The notes under the pieces were generated by a model that worked only from the letters and a program-made list of their open reading frames with translations, was not told the origin of the DNA and did no database searches. The position numbers and the translations under genes are program-made. 64,000 nucleotides of DNA from an uncultured Methylomirabilota bacterium (GTDB lineage: Bacteria; Methylomirabilota; Methylomirabilia; Methylomirabilales; 2-02-FULL-66-22): positions 512,001 through 576,000 of the forward strand of contig OY970067.1 of assembly GCA_963705305.1 (NCBI GenBank). Direction: 5' to 3'. How positions within the stretch are numbered: position 1 is the stretch's first letter; every line of letters begins with the position of its first letter. Of this stretch, positions 17,737-28,055 are shown piece after piece.

Positions 17737-18291
17737 TCATTCTTTGTGTAAATTCACGGGGTTGGACACGTCCGGGTGGCGCCGGTGCCGGTCTCGCCGA
17801 TGGAAGTCCGCCAGCGCAAAGGCGATCGCATCGAAGATGCTCGTGCGGGAGTCCTCGCTCATCCAGGGCTTCCGGGGCGGGGGGATCCGCGGGTGCAGCT
17901 CCGGGAACCGGGTGGCGATCGCCTGGACAATCTGATACTTGGTGCGGGCCCCACTGGAGGCGAAGGCCTGCCGCACGGCGGCCTGGGACACGCGCTGGGG
18001 CCGGACGTGGCGCCGTGCCGCCCGGACCGCAGCCGCCTGGAGGAGCCGGCGCACCCGGGGGCAGCGCCGGGCCCCGCGGGCGGCGCAGTCCTCCATGACG
18101 AGCGCCTCCGGCTGGTAGCGGGTGAGGAGCGCGTCGAGCTGGCGCAGGAAGGTGTTTTGTTTTGTACCCCGGGTCTCTTTGACGCCCCAGTCGATCAGCC
18201 TCTCCGGCCCTTCGAGGACGGCGAAGCCCACCCCCCGGCTGGTGGGGTCAAGGGCCAGGAGGCGCGTCGTGTTGGCGTGGGACCTCGTCAC
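17737..18291 (-). CDS. RuvC-like (RNase H fold) nuclease
   Basis: LLALDPTSRGVGFAVL, LVME and IFDAIAFAL acidic motifs. Confidence 0.75.
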   Translation of the reverse strand: MTRSHANTTRLLALDPTSRGVGFAVLEGPERLIDWGVKETRGTKQNTFLRQLDALLTRYQPEALVMEDCAARGARRCPRVRRLLQAAAVRAARRHVRPQRVSQAAVRQAFASSGARTKYQIVQAIATRFPELHPRIPPPRKPWMSEDSRTSIFDAIAFALADFHRRDRHRRHPDVSNPVNLHKE

Positions 18292-18644
18292 GATGGTTGG
18301 TCCGGATCGGTCCTGGGGCCAAGGGAGACCACCCTGAGGAACTCCGCCTTCCGGCGGAGGGCCGCGTCGGGAGGGACCTTGCCCAGCCGGCGGCTCAAGG
18401 TTCTGACCCGCCGCCGGGTCTTTCGTTCGATCTGTTGGTAGACCCCGGCGAACAGCTCCCGGGCCGGAATCCGGAAGATCGCCTCGTAGGCGAAGACCGT
18501 CTCCAGCTGCGGCTGCTGGCGGAACCGCTCGTAGCGGGAGACTTTCGCGCCGGTTCGGCCGCCCAGGAGGTAGGCCACCTCCGCCTGGGTGAGGCTGGCG
18601 GCTTTGCGGGCGGTCCGGAGATAATTGGGGAGCTTGGAGGGCAT
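18288..18644 (-). CDS. XRE-family HTH regulator
   Basis: YLRTARKAASLTQAEVAYLLG....VSRYE. Confidence 0.88.
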   Translation of the reverse strand: MPSKLPNYLRTARKAASLTQAEVAYLLGGRTGAKVSRYERFRQQPQLETVFAYEAIFRIPARELFAGVYQQIERKTRRRVRTLSRRLGKVPPDAALRRKAEFLRVVSLGPRTDPDQPS

Positions 18645-19290
18645 GGGGAGGGTATGAGTGAGAGCGGGGCCGGCAGACTTTGCCGGGGTTATAGCCTCAG
18701 CATACGGACAGAGGCCGCAGCTCCAAGACGGGGAAACTTGCCGAGAGCAGCAAACCCAAAAAAGCCGAATCGGGGAGATTCGGCACACAGCGCTTCTCGG
18801 GTCACGGACGGCTGAATCGCCGGACAGCCGTCCTGCTCATCTGTCATGGTCCTACGGGATAGTATACCGCATGTCAGCCGGCCTCTTGAATACGAGACGG
18901 ATCCATGAAAATGTTTCATCAGCAACGGCAGCGTGGTGGACATTGGGGACTTGGGGGATGTTCTACGGGGGTTTCGCCCGGAGGCTAAGTACAGGAAGCC
19001 CAGTGCGTTCTAGCTTGCGCTACTGGAAGGTCGCCTGCAAGCCATCCCGTTTCAAAGTCCCCAACCTCCCCGATGTCCACCCGCGTACTTTGGGCTCGCT
19101 GAGGTGGGTCTCTGGGCAGCCGTGTTTGCCACCGCCAGACGCGGCTTGCGTGCCGAGTGCGTTCGATGCCGCCCCTGTATCTTATGGCCCCGTGTTACTG
19201 AGACGGGAGCGCTCGTTCTTGACAACTGGCAAGGCCTTCGATACCCTCCCGAAGAATGACCGGTGCATGCTGTTACGAAAGGAGGACCGC

Positions 19291-19917
19291 TTGACTATAT
19301 TGCTCAAACAAGAAACCCATTGGCCTGAGGTTAGATGTGAGTATTCCCCAGACCTGAGGACTCAGTACAAGGAAGGTAAACTATTGTCCTCTTGGGTTAA
19401 GAAGTACAATGGGCGCTTCCTGTTCTGTGAACGAATGCTTGCAGATCCACGCTATCCCCGTGACAAGCCTGCGGAGGTGCGAGGCTTCAACGAATTGTTC
19501 ATGGCCATCCGTTATATCGAAGCTGGCTACGAGGTCCTGTGGTACTATCGGAAAGTCGAGGATGAGAGGTCTTACCAAAAACTCTGCCAATTGCTCGGAG
19601 GAGATGAGGCAGTACATGCCATCGCGCCGAACTCCGAACAGGGCGGGATGCCGCCGGACTTGATTGTCTTTGAGCCGGGAACGGGTCGCTTCCGGTTCGT
19701 GGAGTGCAAAGGCAAGTGGGAGGTGTTTACGACGCGCCAAAGAGATCGCTTTGCCGGGATTGAGACCTACTTGAACGACCACCCGCCTGCTCATGCACCG
19801 GCACTGTCAGTATCCGCCGACGAGAACCACCAGGAACTGTTTCCGACACTTGCAACAGGCCAATGGATCCACGTCGCGCGAGTGCTGCCCATGGTCGGGC
19901 CGCCGAATGTCCCGTAG
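19291..19917 (+). CDS. VRR-NUC-like PD-(D/E)XK nuclease
   Basis: GMPPDLIVF...FVECKG......Q; TTG start after AAGGAGG; promoter at 19219. Confidence 0.7.
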   Translation: MTILLKQETHWPEVRCEYSPDLRTQYKEGKLLSSWVKKYNGRFLFCERMLADPRYPRDKPAEVRGFNELFMAIRYIEAGYEVLWYYRKVEDERSYQKLCQLLGGDEAVHAIAPNSEQGGMPPDLIVFEPGTGRFRFVECKGKWEVFTTRQRDRFAGIETYLNDHPPAHAPALSVSADENHQELFPTLATGQWIHVARVLPMVGPPNVP

Positions 19918-19995
19918 AAGCGGACGCGCAGCTCCGGCTTCTCACAGTAACTTTTGCTCAATCGACAGCCTCTCCTCCCAGTGCCCAGTTTCGTC

Positions 19996-20196
19996 CTAGC
20001 CGTTCCACAAAGGTGTTGAAGATCTGATTATCAAGAGGTGCAGCTGCCCAGGCATTGGCGCATGTTACGGTACCTTCGTGCGATGGTGGGGCTGCAAAAG
20101 ATTTCTTCTCTAGTCAGCCGTTCCTTTCCGATCTTTGATTTCGATGTCTTACCAGCGAATCGCAGACAGTTATCAACACCTTTGTGGAACGCCTAG
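19996..20196. mobile_element. 201-bp MITE with ~24-bp terminal inverted repeats and 9-bp flanking direct repeat
   Basis: Ends CTAG(C/G)CGTTCCACAAAGGTGTTGA; AGTTTCGTC at 19987-19995 and 20197-20205. Confidence 0.85.
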
Positions 20197-20287
20197 AGTT
20201 TCGTCCTACCCGCTGCACAAAGGTGTTGATGGTCTGATTGCCAAGAGGGGCGGAGTGGCCGGCCGTCGGAAGCCGATGTTAGCTGGT

Positions 20288-21035
20288 CTACAGAGTTAGG
20301 GGGTAGGTCCGGTAGGCACGCTCCGCCTCCTCGCGAGTGTGGAAGAGACACCTGTTGGCGAGATGATAGGCGACCTTCCTGATCTCGCCGTCCGTGTAGT
20401 CATGCTCTCGGACGAACCCGAAAAAGTTGTAGCCGACCCGCGCGCCCTCGGCGTGGCCGTAGAGGACGAGGACCACCGAGTCGAGGTCGAAGACCAGACT
20501 GCTGCGGGGCCGCGGCCGCGCGAAGACGGCTTGCCGGAGCTGGTCGTGGAGGCGCACCAGTTGGCGGATGTGGCGGGGGCGCATGCGCTTCAGGAAGCGG
20601 CGCAGGGCCGTCGCATCGGGGAACTGGCGGAAGCCCGCGATCCGCTGGAAGGCGCCGTTGTACTGCAGGATCTGGGTCGCATTGATGCGGTCGAGCCCGA
20701 CGATGATGCCGTAGAGGAGCGCGAGGAGCAGGTCGGCGGGGCGGTAGGTGCGGGACCGGGGCCCCGGGCGCAGCGCATTCTGGAGCAGCCGCTTGAGACC
20801 GAGGCGCGCGCAGAAAGCGTGGATTAGCGCCATCCAGGCGAAGTGGGTGAGCTGCGGCTCGTCGAACGCGATCCGCAAATTTTGGAGGCCTCTGGCCATT
20901 GTCCATAAAGCTAACCTAGGGTTAGGGTTGTGGACAAGGAGAAATTCCGCCCGCGCAAGCGAGTTCGTCCATGATAGAAGCGCTCTTGGGCCCTGGTCCT
21001 AAGGTCGTATCGCATCAAATAACGCATCCGTGAGG
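20288..21035 (-). mobile_element. truncated IS1380-family transposase fused to an unrelated C-terminal fragment
   Basis: ORF 20288-20899 with LTHF, PD.T.LRRFL and LVFDLDSVVL.LYGH.EGA.VGYN, after which similarity stops; putative end CCTCACGGATGCG at 21035. Confidence 0.75.
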
Positions 21036-21077
21036 TTCAATAGCACGGGTTCAATAATCATCAATGGTATCGAGTCT

Positions 21078-21583
21078 ATGAACGCACACAATAAGTGGGT
21101 TGCTGTGATTTGTTTCATCGCAGCAATCATTACGATTGAGACTTTCTTAACCGGGATTTTAGTGTGAACGACATCTTTAAGATTTTCAAATCATCTGAAT
21201 CATCTGTACCAGCAAACACCATTCAAGGAAGGATCGTAATCGAGAATGTCACCTTCTCGTCGGGTGGCGGCCAACACTTACAAATTGATGTTCGCGGACA
21301 CGGATTTGGACAGGCTCCAAGGCGGATGCCGTTCACGGGTAACCTTCCTTACTTTGCATTTAATAACGGCAAATTCGAGGCAGGCAATGTCACTGCATCG
21401 AACTGGGACGCCGTGACTTTGAACTACGTTTCTTGGGGGCCAGACAGAATTGTTGTTGCTGGGTTCTCGGGTGCGTATGGGGCAAGATCGTGGGAAGCTG
21501 CGCCGGGGGACCCTGTGACAGTCACCGTCTGGAATCCCGACTCCGGTGGTAAGACGACCTGGAAAGGTGTCCTGCCTCCCTAG
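21078..21583 (+). pseudogene. membrane-anchored/secreted protein split by a frameshift near 21160
   Basis: MNAHNKWVAVICFIAAIITI... hydrophobic leader is out of frame with ORF 21164-21583. Confidence 0.5.
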
Positions 21584-21704
21584 ATTCAATCGGAGCGGTT
21601 CCGAAGCCATCGGCTTGTTTTCTCAGCGCTCCGTGTCGCTGGCCTGGGTCGCGATTGCGATTGACACCCCGCGAACGCATCGATATGCTCCTTTCAAAGA
21701 ACGC

Positions 21705-22272
21705 TAGTGTCCCGTCCCATTTAATACTTGACAATGCGTCCGATCGGTGTTTCTATGGGGCATGTTCATCCCCGCGGCCCCGGTGGCGCTCGACGCTGCC
21801 CAGCGGCAGCAGCTGGAGGCCCTGGTCCGGGCCGGGACCACGCCGCAGCGGCTGGCCCGGCGCTGCCAGGTGATCTTGCTCGCCAGTCACGGGGTGGCGA
21901 ACCACGCCATCGCCCAGCAGACGGGCCTCTCGCGCCCCACCGTGCTCGCCGCGCGAGCCGCCTTCGCCCGGGGCGGCGTGGACGCCCTCGGGCACCGGCC
22001 CCGGCGCCACCGGACCGGCCGGGTGCTGACCCCGGGCGTCGAGCAGCGCATTCTGGACACCACCCTGAAGACGCGCCCCCTCACCGGCACCCACTGGAGC
22101 GTCCGGACCCTGGCGAAGCAGCTCGGCCTGTCCCGCATGATGGTCCAGCGGGTCTGGGAACGGCATGCGATTCAGCCCCACCGAGTGGAGCACTTCAAAC
22201 TCTCCACCGATCCGCGGTTCGAAGAGAAGGTCCGCGACATCGTCGGCCTCTACCTCAATCCGCCGGAGCGCG
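21705..22272 (+). mobile_element. 5' fragment of an IS630-family element
   Basis: TAGTGTCC end; RCQVILL, THWSVRTLA and FKLSTDPRFEEKVRDIVGLYLNPPE; DDE domain missing. Confidence 0.85.
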
Positions 22273-23748
22273 CGAGACAAACGTGTGCACCTCCTCGATC
22301 ACAACAAGGACACGCGGGCGCGTAGCGCCCGTCGACATGGCTTCCCCTGCAGCGGTCTCAATAACCGCATCAAAGAGCGCCTGAAGCGTATAGGCAATCG
22401 CAATGTTTCTGCTCCGGTCGTCCGTTTCCGATACGTCCAAAACCGATAGCCTTCTAGCAACCAGCAGATCCCTAACAGGAAGCTCGGGGACAGCTCGCGT
22501 ACCATTCCAGTCCAACATACCGGAGCGACCAAGGCGGATCAGCTTCGAGCGTAAGGTGTGCGCTGTGGGGCGCTCAGTGTTCCCAACTTGAGGCAAGAGC
22601 GGCATATTTCCATTCCCGTCTTCTGTGAGACCATCGATGAGCGTCTGAAGATCGAATGGCCTTTGCTGAGCCGCTTGCCCAGCGGTGCCGCCGAGAACAC
22701 CAAGCCGTCCAGCCCCCGCACCCTGACCTGCCTGACGCGCCGCACGGGTCGTAATTGCTCCGAACATTCTCATCTGTGGTTCCGAGAACTCAAGGATGTC
22801 GGCGATGACCTCTTCCTGAAGGCTGGAGATTGGCACCTTAAAGGGACGCGGATTGATTGCCTCGGAGTGACCCGACGATGGAACGTACACCCGGAAATCG
22901 GCAACTCCGGCTGGATCGAGGGCGTGGTCCCTGCGGAGAAGTTCGACCATATGGGCGTCGTCGCTGGGCTCGTTCATCCGAACGTATTCGCCCTCCACGT
23001 CGACAACGACAACGGCCCAATTCTGCCTCACCGCCTCTTCCGTTATCACTTGAGTTGTGTTCGATTTACCCGATCCGACGGTACCGAAGATTCCCACGTT
23101 CCGCGGCAGAAAATTCTTGCTCTCAGCATTGGCGTGCACCTGCACGCCCTCGTACCCCATCAAATGGCCGACATAGAAGTTGCCCTCGATACCCAGGTGC
23201 GCCCGAAGGCGATCCGGCGGGAAAATGTATATCTCCGAGTAGGGACGTGGACGCGTCGAAGTCGGAACTACTCGTTCCTCCGGGGTCAATTGGCCGAGGA
23301 TTTCGATGGTTCCATACACATAATAGACGGGGCGAAAACGAGTGCGTTCCGGATGCAATACTGTGGTCCGCGTGATAGCTGAGTCAGGTCCGATCTCATG
23401 GGGTGCGTGAAAGGGTCCCTCGACGATCCGACCCAGAAAATCAATGCCTTGCTCCCGGTCGCGAATGCCGACGTAGACGTCCCGCCGAAAATGCCGTCTC
23501 CGGTCCTCCGAAACCATGGCTCCGGTGGAGGCATTCTCCACGCTTCCGACGTCAAAGTTCACGAAGCCAATGTTCACCAAAGAGCCAAAGACTGCCTCAG
23601 AGGTGCCGGCGGCCGGCTCAATCGTCTGTTCGGCGGCGCCCTGAGCGTCACGTTCCGGAGATTCGATGGCTACGTTGCTTTCAATCACCTCAACGTCTTC
23701 ATCTGGCTCTTCATTTCGGTCATTTTCAACAGATGATCCATTCGTCAT
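22270..23748 (-). pseudogene. herA: HerA/FtsK-like ATPase, 3'-truncated right after Walker B
   Basis: HAS-barrel-like N-terminus, GTVGSGKS, VVVDVEGEY, VVIEEVH, then runs into IS630 sequence. Confidence 0.85.
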
Positions 23749-24881
23749 GCCCTTGCCCTCCGTGGATCGACATCGAAAACCCCAGAGTCGACGCTCAAGT
23801 CATACAATCTGCTCTCGACAAACGAGCGGAATTCTGCCCCCTTAAAGAGGGTCCGCGCGACCTGGTCAGCAAGATCGATGTGGAAGGGGAACCCTCTCAC
23901 GGCGAGGGCGGAGCCATCAGTTGGAAGACCACGGGTCCAGAGAGAATCGATCAAAAAAAGAGATACTGCCTCCTCAATCCGTGTGCTGTGGCACTCCACC
24001 ATAAACGGCTTGTTCGCCGCCTTAACTAAGACCACTGATACCTGAGGTCCAACGGCTCGGAGGAATTCCTCAAATCGCCCCCGATCATTATGAGTAAAAT
24101 TCGCACGCGCCTGACCTGTGGTAGGATCTCCAGTAAGAAACGTAGTCAGCGTGTCAGCCATTGTCCGGATGACGATATATTCGCCAGGCTCGAGTAGGAT
24201 AGCAGCATTGAGAATGTCAATATCGTCCGATCCTTCTGTAACCGCCATGAATTTCTCACTCCGAACGTACGCATTGACGACATCGAAGGCGGGACCGAGA
24301 TTCTGGGCCGGCCGACCAGCGCCGGTCCTCAACTCATGGGGGAACAGTTCGCCGTGGAGCATTCGCCAGTCTGCTTGCTGTTCCAGCAATAGACGACGTT
24401 CACCGAACAACATTATTGCCCGCGACAAGAGATTTGAAAACGATCGGCTGGCACGAAGATTGACAAAATGCTCGGTGGCTGTCGCTGCCTCGGGCGCGAG
24501 CTCGGCCTCGAACACCCTCGTTACAAGGTCCACGACTTCGCCCGAATTGAATACAATGACAACTCCAACTTGGATCTTCGAGCCGCCGAGCAAAGGCACG
24601 GGGGATATAGTTCCGTCCGCCGCAGCAACAGTTCCGGATCGGAGCAAGTTCTCCGCTCGCGCCATCGCCTCGCCCGAGGGACGGGAGACACGCTCCCGTA
24701 AGCCAGGCTGATTCGCTAGCAACTCATCTCGGTACTGCGCTCGGAGATTATTGGAACGATTGATCGAGGCATCTATGCGTTCCCGGAGGTCGTCCAAGTG
24801 AACTTCCAATGGACGCCATGGGGATTGCCGCAATATGTCCTCTATCGAAGGAGCATTTTGTCTCCCAAAATGGTCTGTCAT
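23745..24881 (-). CDS. nurA: NurA-like nuclease
   Basis: VAAADGT and GFPFHIDLADQVAR motifs; ATGA overlap with herA. Confidence 0.7.
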   Translation of the reverse strand: MTDHFGRQNAPSIEDILRQSPWRPLEVHLDDLRERIDASINRSNNLRAQYRDELLANQPGLRERVSRPSGEAMARAENLLRSGTVAAADGTISPVPLLGGSKIQVGVVIVFNSGEVVDLVTRVFEAELAPEAATATEHFVNLRASRSFSNLLSRAIMLFGERRLLLEQQADWRMLHGELFPHELRTGAGRPAQNLGPAFDVVNAYVRSEKFMAVTEGSDDIDILNAAILLEPGEYIVIRTMADTLTTFLTGDPTTGQARANFTHNDRGRFEEFLRAVGPQVSVVLVKAANKPFMVECHSTRIEEAVSLFLIDSLWTRGLPTDGSALAVRGFPFHIDLADQVARTLFKGAEFRSFVESRLYDLSVDSGVFDVDPRRARA

Positions 24882-25094
24882 CCCTACGCCTTCCAATGAT
24901 CTTGTTATGTAAATGCCTTGGTGTTTTTACCGAGGGACTCGGTCCTCGATTCTAACGATGTCGGTAAGCACGAACAAAGTGGCCGCTCTCGAGGCAGTAG
25001 CTGGTGATCTTGCTGGTGGATGCGGTCACCGAGGGGGCTGAAGGACCGCTCGCGGGCCACACCTTAGTCCACCCACGGAGCTAGAAAGCTCGAT

Positions 25095-25664
25095 TTAAAC
25101 ATCCGATGAAAACCGTTCTCGTTGCTGGAAGGGAAGTCCTGGTTCTGGTTGCTGCTGTGCGGCTTCACGAGGGGTCGGCTGCCGGCATCCCATTGGGTCA
25201 TCTTCCGGATGGAGCCTGCGCTGTGAGAGAGCAATGCTACTCCGCAACAAACTCACTGTAAGCCGGCCCACCCGGTACCATGCCGCCATCCCCCCAAGAG
25301 AGAATGCGATGAGTCCTGCGACTGCCACCATCGGCAGTCCACTTGGCAGTTTCGTGAGGTCAGTGATGAAGGCTGCGCTGGCCAGCAGAAGGGCGACGAA
25401 CCACCAATGCAGCACCGCCAGCATGTAGCGCAGGAGGAGATCATAACAGTCCCCCGGCGCTCGACGTAGCCAGGAAATGAGCGGACGATCCTCAATAGCG
25501 ATGAGAATGGTGAGGCCGGTGCCAGTGAACCCGATCGCGATTGCGCCAAGCCCACCAATAAACATGAGCGCATTTTCGCTGTGAAGAAGGCCGGGCGATG
25601 CCCGCAAGAAGGCCGCGATCCCACCGATCAGGGCGATGGCTACCGGGTACCACCGTTCAATCAT
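25095..25664 (-). CDS. four-TM membrane protein
   Basis: Four hydrophobic segments; strong RBS; 17 nt downstream of the preceding gene. Confidence 0.75.
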   Translation of the reverse strand: MIERWYPVAIALIGGIAAFLRASPGLLHSENALMFIGGLGAIAIGFTGTGLTILIAIEDRPLISWLRRAPGDCYDLLLRYMLAVLHWWFVALLLASAAFITDLTKLPSGLPMVAVAGLIAFSLGGMAAWYRVGRLTVSLLRSSIALSQRRLHPEDDPMGCRQPTPREAAQQQPEPGLPFQQRERFSSDV

Positions 25665-25681
25665 GGGACTCCCCTCTCTCC

Positions 25682-26563
25682 TCAGGCCCTACCAAACTGC
25701 CTTCGAAGATCGTCGTCCTGGCGTCGCAATGCCTGAGCCAATTCTTGCCGCACGGCTGGTCCCCGTAGCTGGCGATCTGCGGTTTCGACCCCGAACTCTT
25801 CAACTAAACGATAGCTCAGGAGGTCGATGGTTTCCATGGGTTCGTCTGCAAACCCTCTGCTGCCCCTCACGACGATCTTTTGAACTTCCTGGCCTTGGTC
25901 CCTATGGACGCGGAAGAGTCGCCGAGCAATATCTATGGCCCTCGCTGCGTTAAGTGAGCCCTTCCGCCGCCCCATGCCCATCGACACACTGATGCGCGCA
26001 GCGCCTACATACCGGGCTGTGTTAAGGGCGCCCGCTACGCTCCTCAACCTCCTGTATACACCTGGGTCGGTCGGGGTGGCGAGGCTCAAATCTATGTTCC
26101 TGACCACCTGCATTCGCTGTAACTTTTCGAGGGCATCGGCCTGGATCACAGGCTCCAATAACAAGTCCTCAACTTCGGTCAGCCTGGCGAGGTAGGTTTC
26201 CACGGTGCCCGGACGGACTGCCTGGAAGTTGCGCTGGATGACCATCACGCCATACCCAGGGGTGTAGACAAAGGAGGTCTCCTCGCCCAGCCCCTCATCT
26301 GCCTCAAGCGGGAGGTCGCGCAGCTCTCCGTCGAGTTCTGCCACGTTCGGCAAGTCATCCATACGGATACGGATAAAGCACCCAGACCACAGGTTCCTAA
26401 TCCGCTCCAAGAGATGAAGACGGTACGTGTAGCCGTAGATTTCGATGTTCCGGTCAAGGGGCCTTGGGCGATTTGTCAGGACGCGGTTCAAAAGTTCTGT
26501 GAAGGGTGGGGCACCGGTGGGGAGTTGAACCCGGAAGAAGTCAGCGCGGACTCTCTTGCGCAT
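25682..26563 (-). CDS. DUF6731/DUF4747-like hypothetical protein
   Basis: G.F.RIRMDDLP...DEGLGEET.F.Y....V..IQRN pattern; GGAGG RBS; family recognised from memory. Confidence 0.6.
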   Translation of the reverse strand: MRKRVRADFFRVQLPTGAPPFTELLNRVLTNRPRPLDRNIEIYGYTYRLHLLERIRNLWSGCFIRIRMDDLPNVAELDGELRDLPLEADEGLGEETSFVYTPGYGVMVIQRNFQAVRPGTVETYLARLTEVEDLLLEPVIQADALEKLQRMQVVRNIDLSLATPTDPGVYRRLRSVAGALNTARYVGAARISVSMGMGRRKGSLNAARAIDIARRLFRVHRDQGQEVQKIVVRGSRGFADEPMETIDLLSYRLVEEFGVETADRQLRGPAVRQELAQALRRQDDDLRRQFGRA

Positions 26564-27225
26564 TGGCGTCCTCCCTCAGACGGAACTCTTGGACGTTCAT
26601 CCCCTCACGCGCGATTTGGTCAGGCAGTTCAACGCGCGGTCAATGAGCCGTGGGAAGGTATCGCCGCTCCATGGCCCCAAGTAACGAGACCCCGGGTGCA
26701 CGGCGGCCCGCCAGTACCCATAGCCTCGCAATCAGGGAGGGGGGTCACCCGCCTCGGGACGCATTCGCTTGTAGGCTGCCGTGCTGTCCAACCCTCTCTT
26801 ACTGATGCCGGAGGGCTTTGTCAATTAAAAACCGTGTCTCCCCAGAGGTACGCCCTCAGGGGTCATGGGGCGCGTGCCGGTTGACTTCCGGGTGCCTCCG
26901 ATCCCACCTCGGCGTCCAGGGGAAGCCGGGGCTCCTGGCTAACGTCACCCAGTCCATCCCGCAACAACTTCCGAACGGCCTTCCCTGTTCGTCCTCATGA
27001 AATCCGAATATGATGCCCGACCTCGCCACCAGACCCCTAGCAAGAAGCCCCCGAGGCTGTATTTGCGATGAGTTACGCTGCGACCCACCTAACAACACAG
27101 AAAAGTAGGGGTGGTTGCGCAACGCTTCCAGGTGTACCGTACATGTCCCGCAATTCCCCCCAGGGGGATCTGAATCCGCCATCATCTCCTTCCATGGAAA
27201 GACCTACTTGGCCAGGACAAGAATG

Positions 27226-27255
27226 AAAAAGGGCAGCAATTGCTCATCGCTGCCC
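27226..27255 (-). terminator. Rho-independent terminator
   Basis: GGGCAGCGA-loop-TTGCTGCCC-TTTTT on the minus strand after the nuclease gene. Confidence 0.75.
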
Positions 27256-27277
27256 CGTTGGGGTTGAGTGTTTCTCT

Positions 27278-28054
27278 TTAGTTCCCCGTCCACTCCCGGC
27301 AATCCGCCTCGTACTCGCAGTCCTTGCAGAGCCAGCACCCCCGGTTCGGGATGAACACGTGGGAGGTCACGCCCTTCAGGACTTCCTTGCCGAGGTGGAA
27401 CAGGCGGGCGTAGTCCTGTTCCCCCCGCTCGGCCGGCATCGGCTCGATCTTGACGTTCTTCGTCCGGACGAGATTGATGATCCGGAGTGTCTTGGGCGGT
27501 CGGCCGTAGAGCATCCGGAAGGCGTAGGCGTAGGCCGTGAGCTGGACGTTGTCCGGGAGGTCAGAGACCGACCAGCTCTTCTGGGAGGTCTTGAACTCGT
27601 CGAGGATGTCGCCGTCCTCTACCAGGTCGATCACCCCGCGGAGCGGTATGTCCAGGACCTCGCCGGTCTTGGGGTTCACCAGCGGAAGCTGGAAGCGCAG
27701 CTCCGCCTCCGTCACGGTGCAGGCGAACTGGTGGTAGAACTGGGACAGGAGTTCCTTCCCCTTCCGGACCAGGGCTTCAGCCCCGTCCCCGTTGTCCGCG
27801 AAGAGGATGGACGCACCCAAGATTTGGGCGTTCCAGTCCCCCTCGAAGACCCGGAGGATCTCGTCGAGGGGCGGCTGCCGGCCCGTCTTTCGCGCCTTGT
27901 GGAGCCATTCGAGGGCGGCGTGGATCGCGCCCCCGAAGACGAGGTTCGCGGACTGGGTGAGCTTGGGGAGCCGGTCGATGTACTGGAAGCGGTACTTGAG
28001 CGAGCAGGTGAGGTAGAGGCCGATCTGGCTCGGGCTCAGGCTTTCGAGAGGCAT
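27278..28054 (-). CDS. PD-(D/E)XK (RecB/Cas4-like) nuclease
   Basis: LSPSQI..YL.C...Y, G.AIH..LE, GVIDLV..DEFKT, QL..Y, C-terminal Cys cluster. Confidence 0.88.
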   Translation of the reverse strand: MPLESLSPSQIGLYLTCSLKYRFQYIDRLPKLTQSANLVFGGAIHAALEWLHKARKTGRQPPLDEILRVFEGDWNAQILGASILFADNGDGAEALVRKGKELLSQFYHQFACTVTEAELRFQLPLVNPKTGEVLDIPLRGVIDLVEDGDILDEFKTSQKSWSVSDLPDNVQLTAYAYAFRMLYGRPPKTLRIINLVRTKNVKIEPMPAERGEQDYARLFHLGKEVLKGVTSHVFIPNRGCWLCKDCEYEADCREWTGN

Positions 28055-28055
28055 C

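Noticed and set aside
17737..18291. TnpB/IscB/Cas12-type RNA-guided nuclease
   Set aside because: Only 184 aa with a contiguous RuvC fold; no zinc finger, HNH or element ends
18658..19290. N-terminal 210 aa of the 419-aa ORF
   Set aside because: Not protein-like; overlaps the divergent XRE upstream region; a better promoter and RBS precede 19291
26580..27200. Short ORFs between the DUF6731-like gene and the terminator
   Set aside because: No convincing RBS or motifs; probably promoter region plus decayed sequence
27278..28054. cas4 call
   Set aside because: The fold is Cas4/RecB-like, but there is no cas1/cas2 or array; context is a mobile-element backbone
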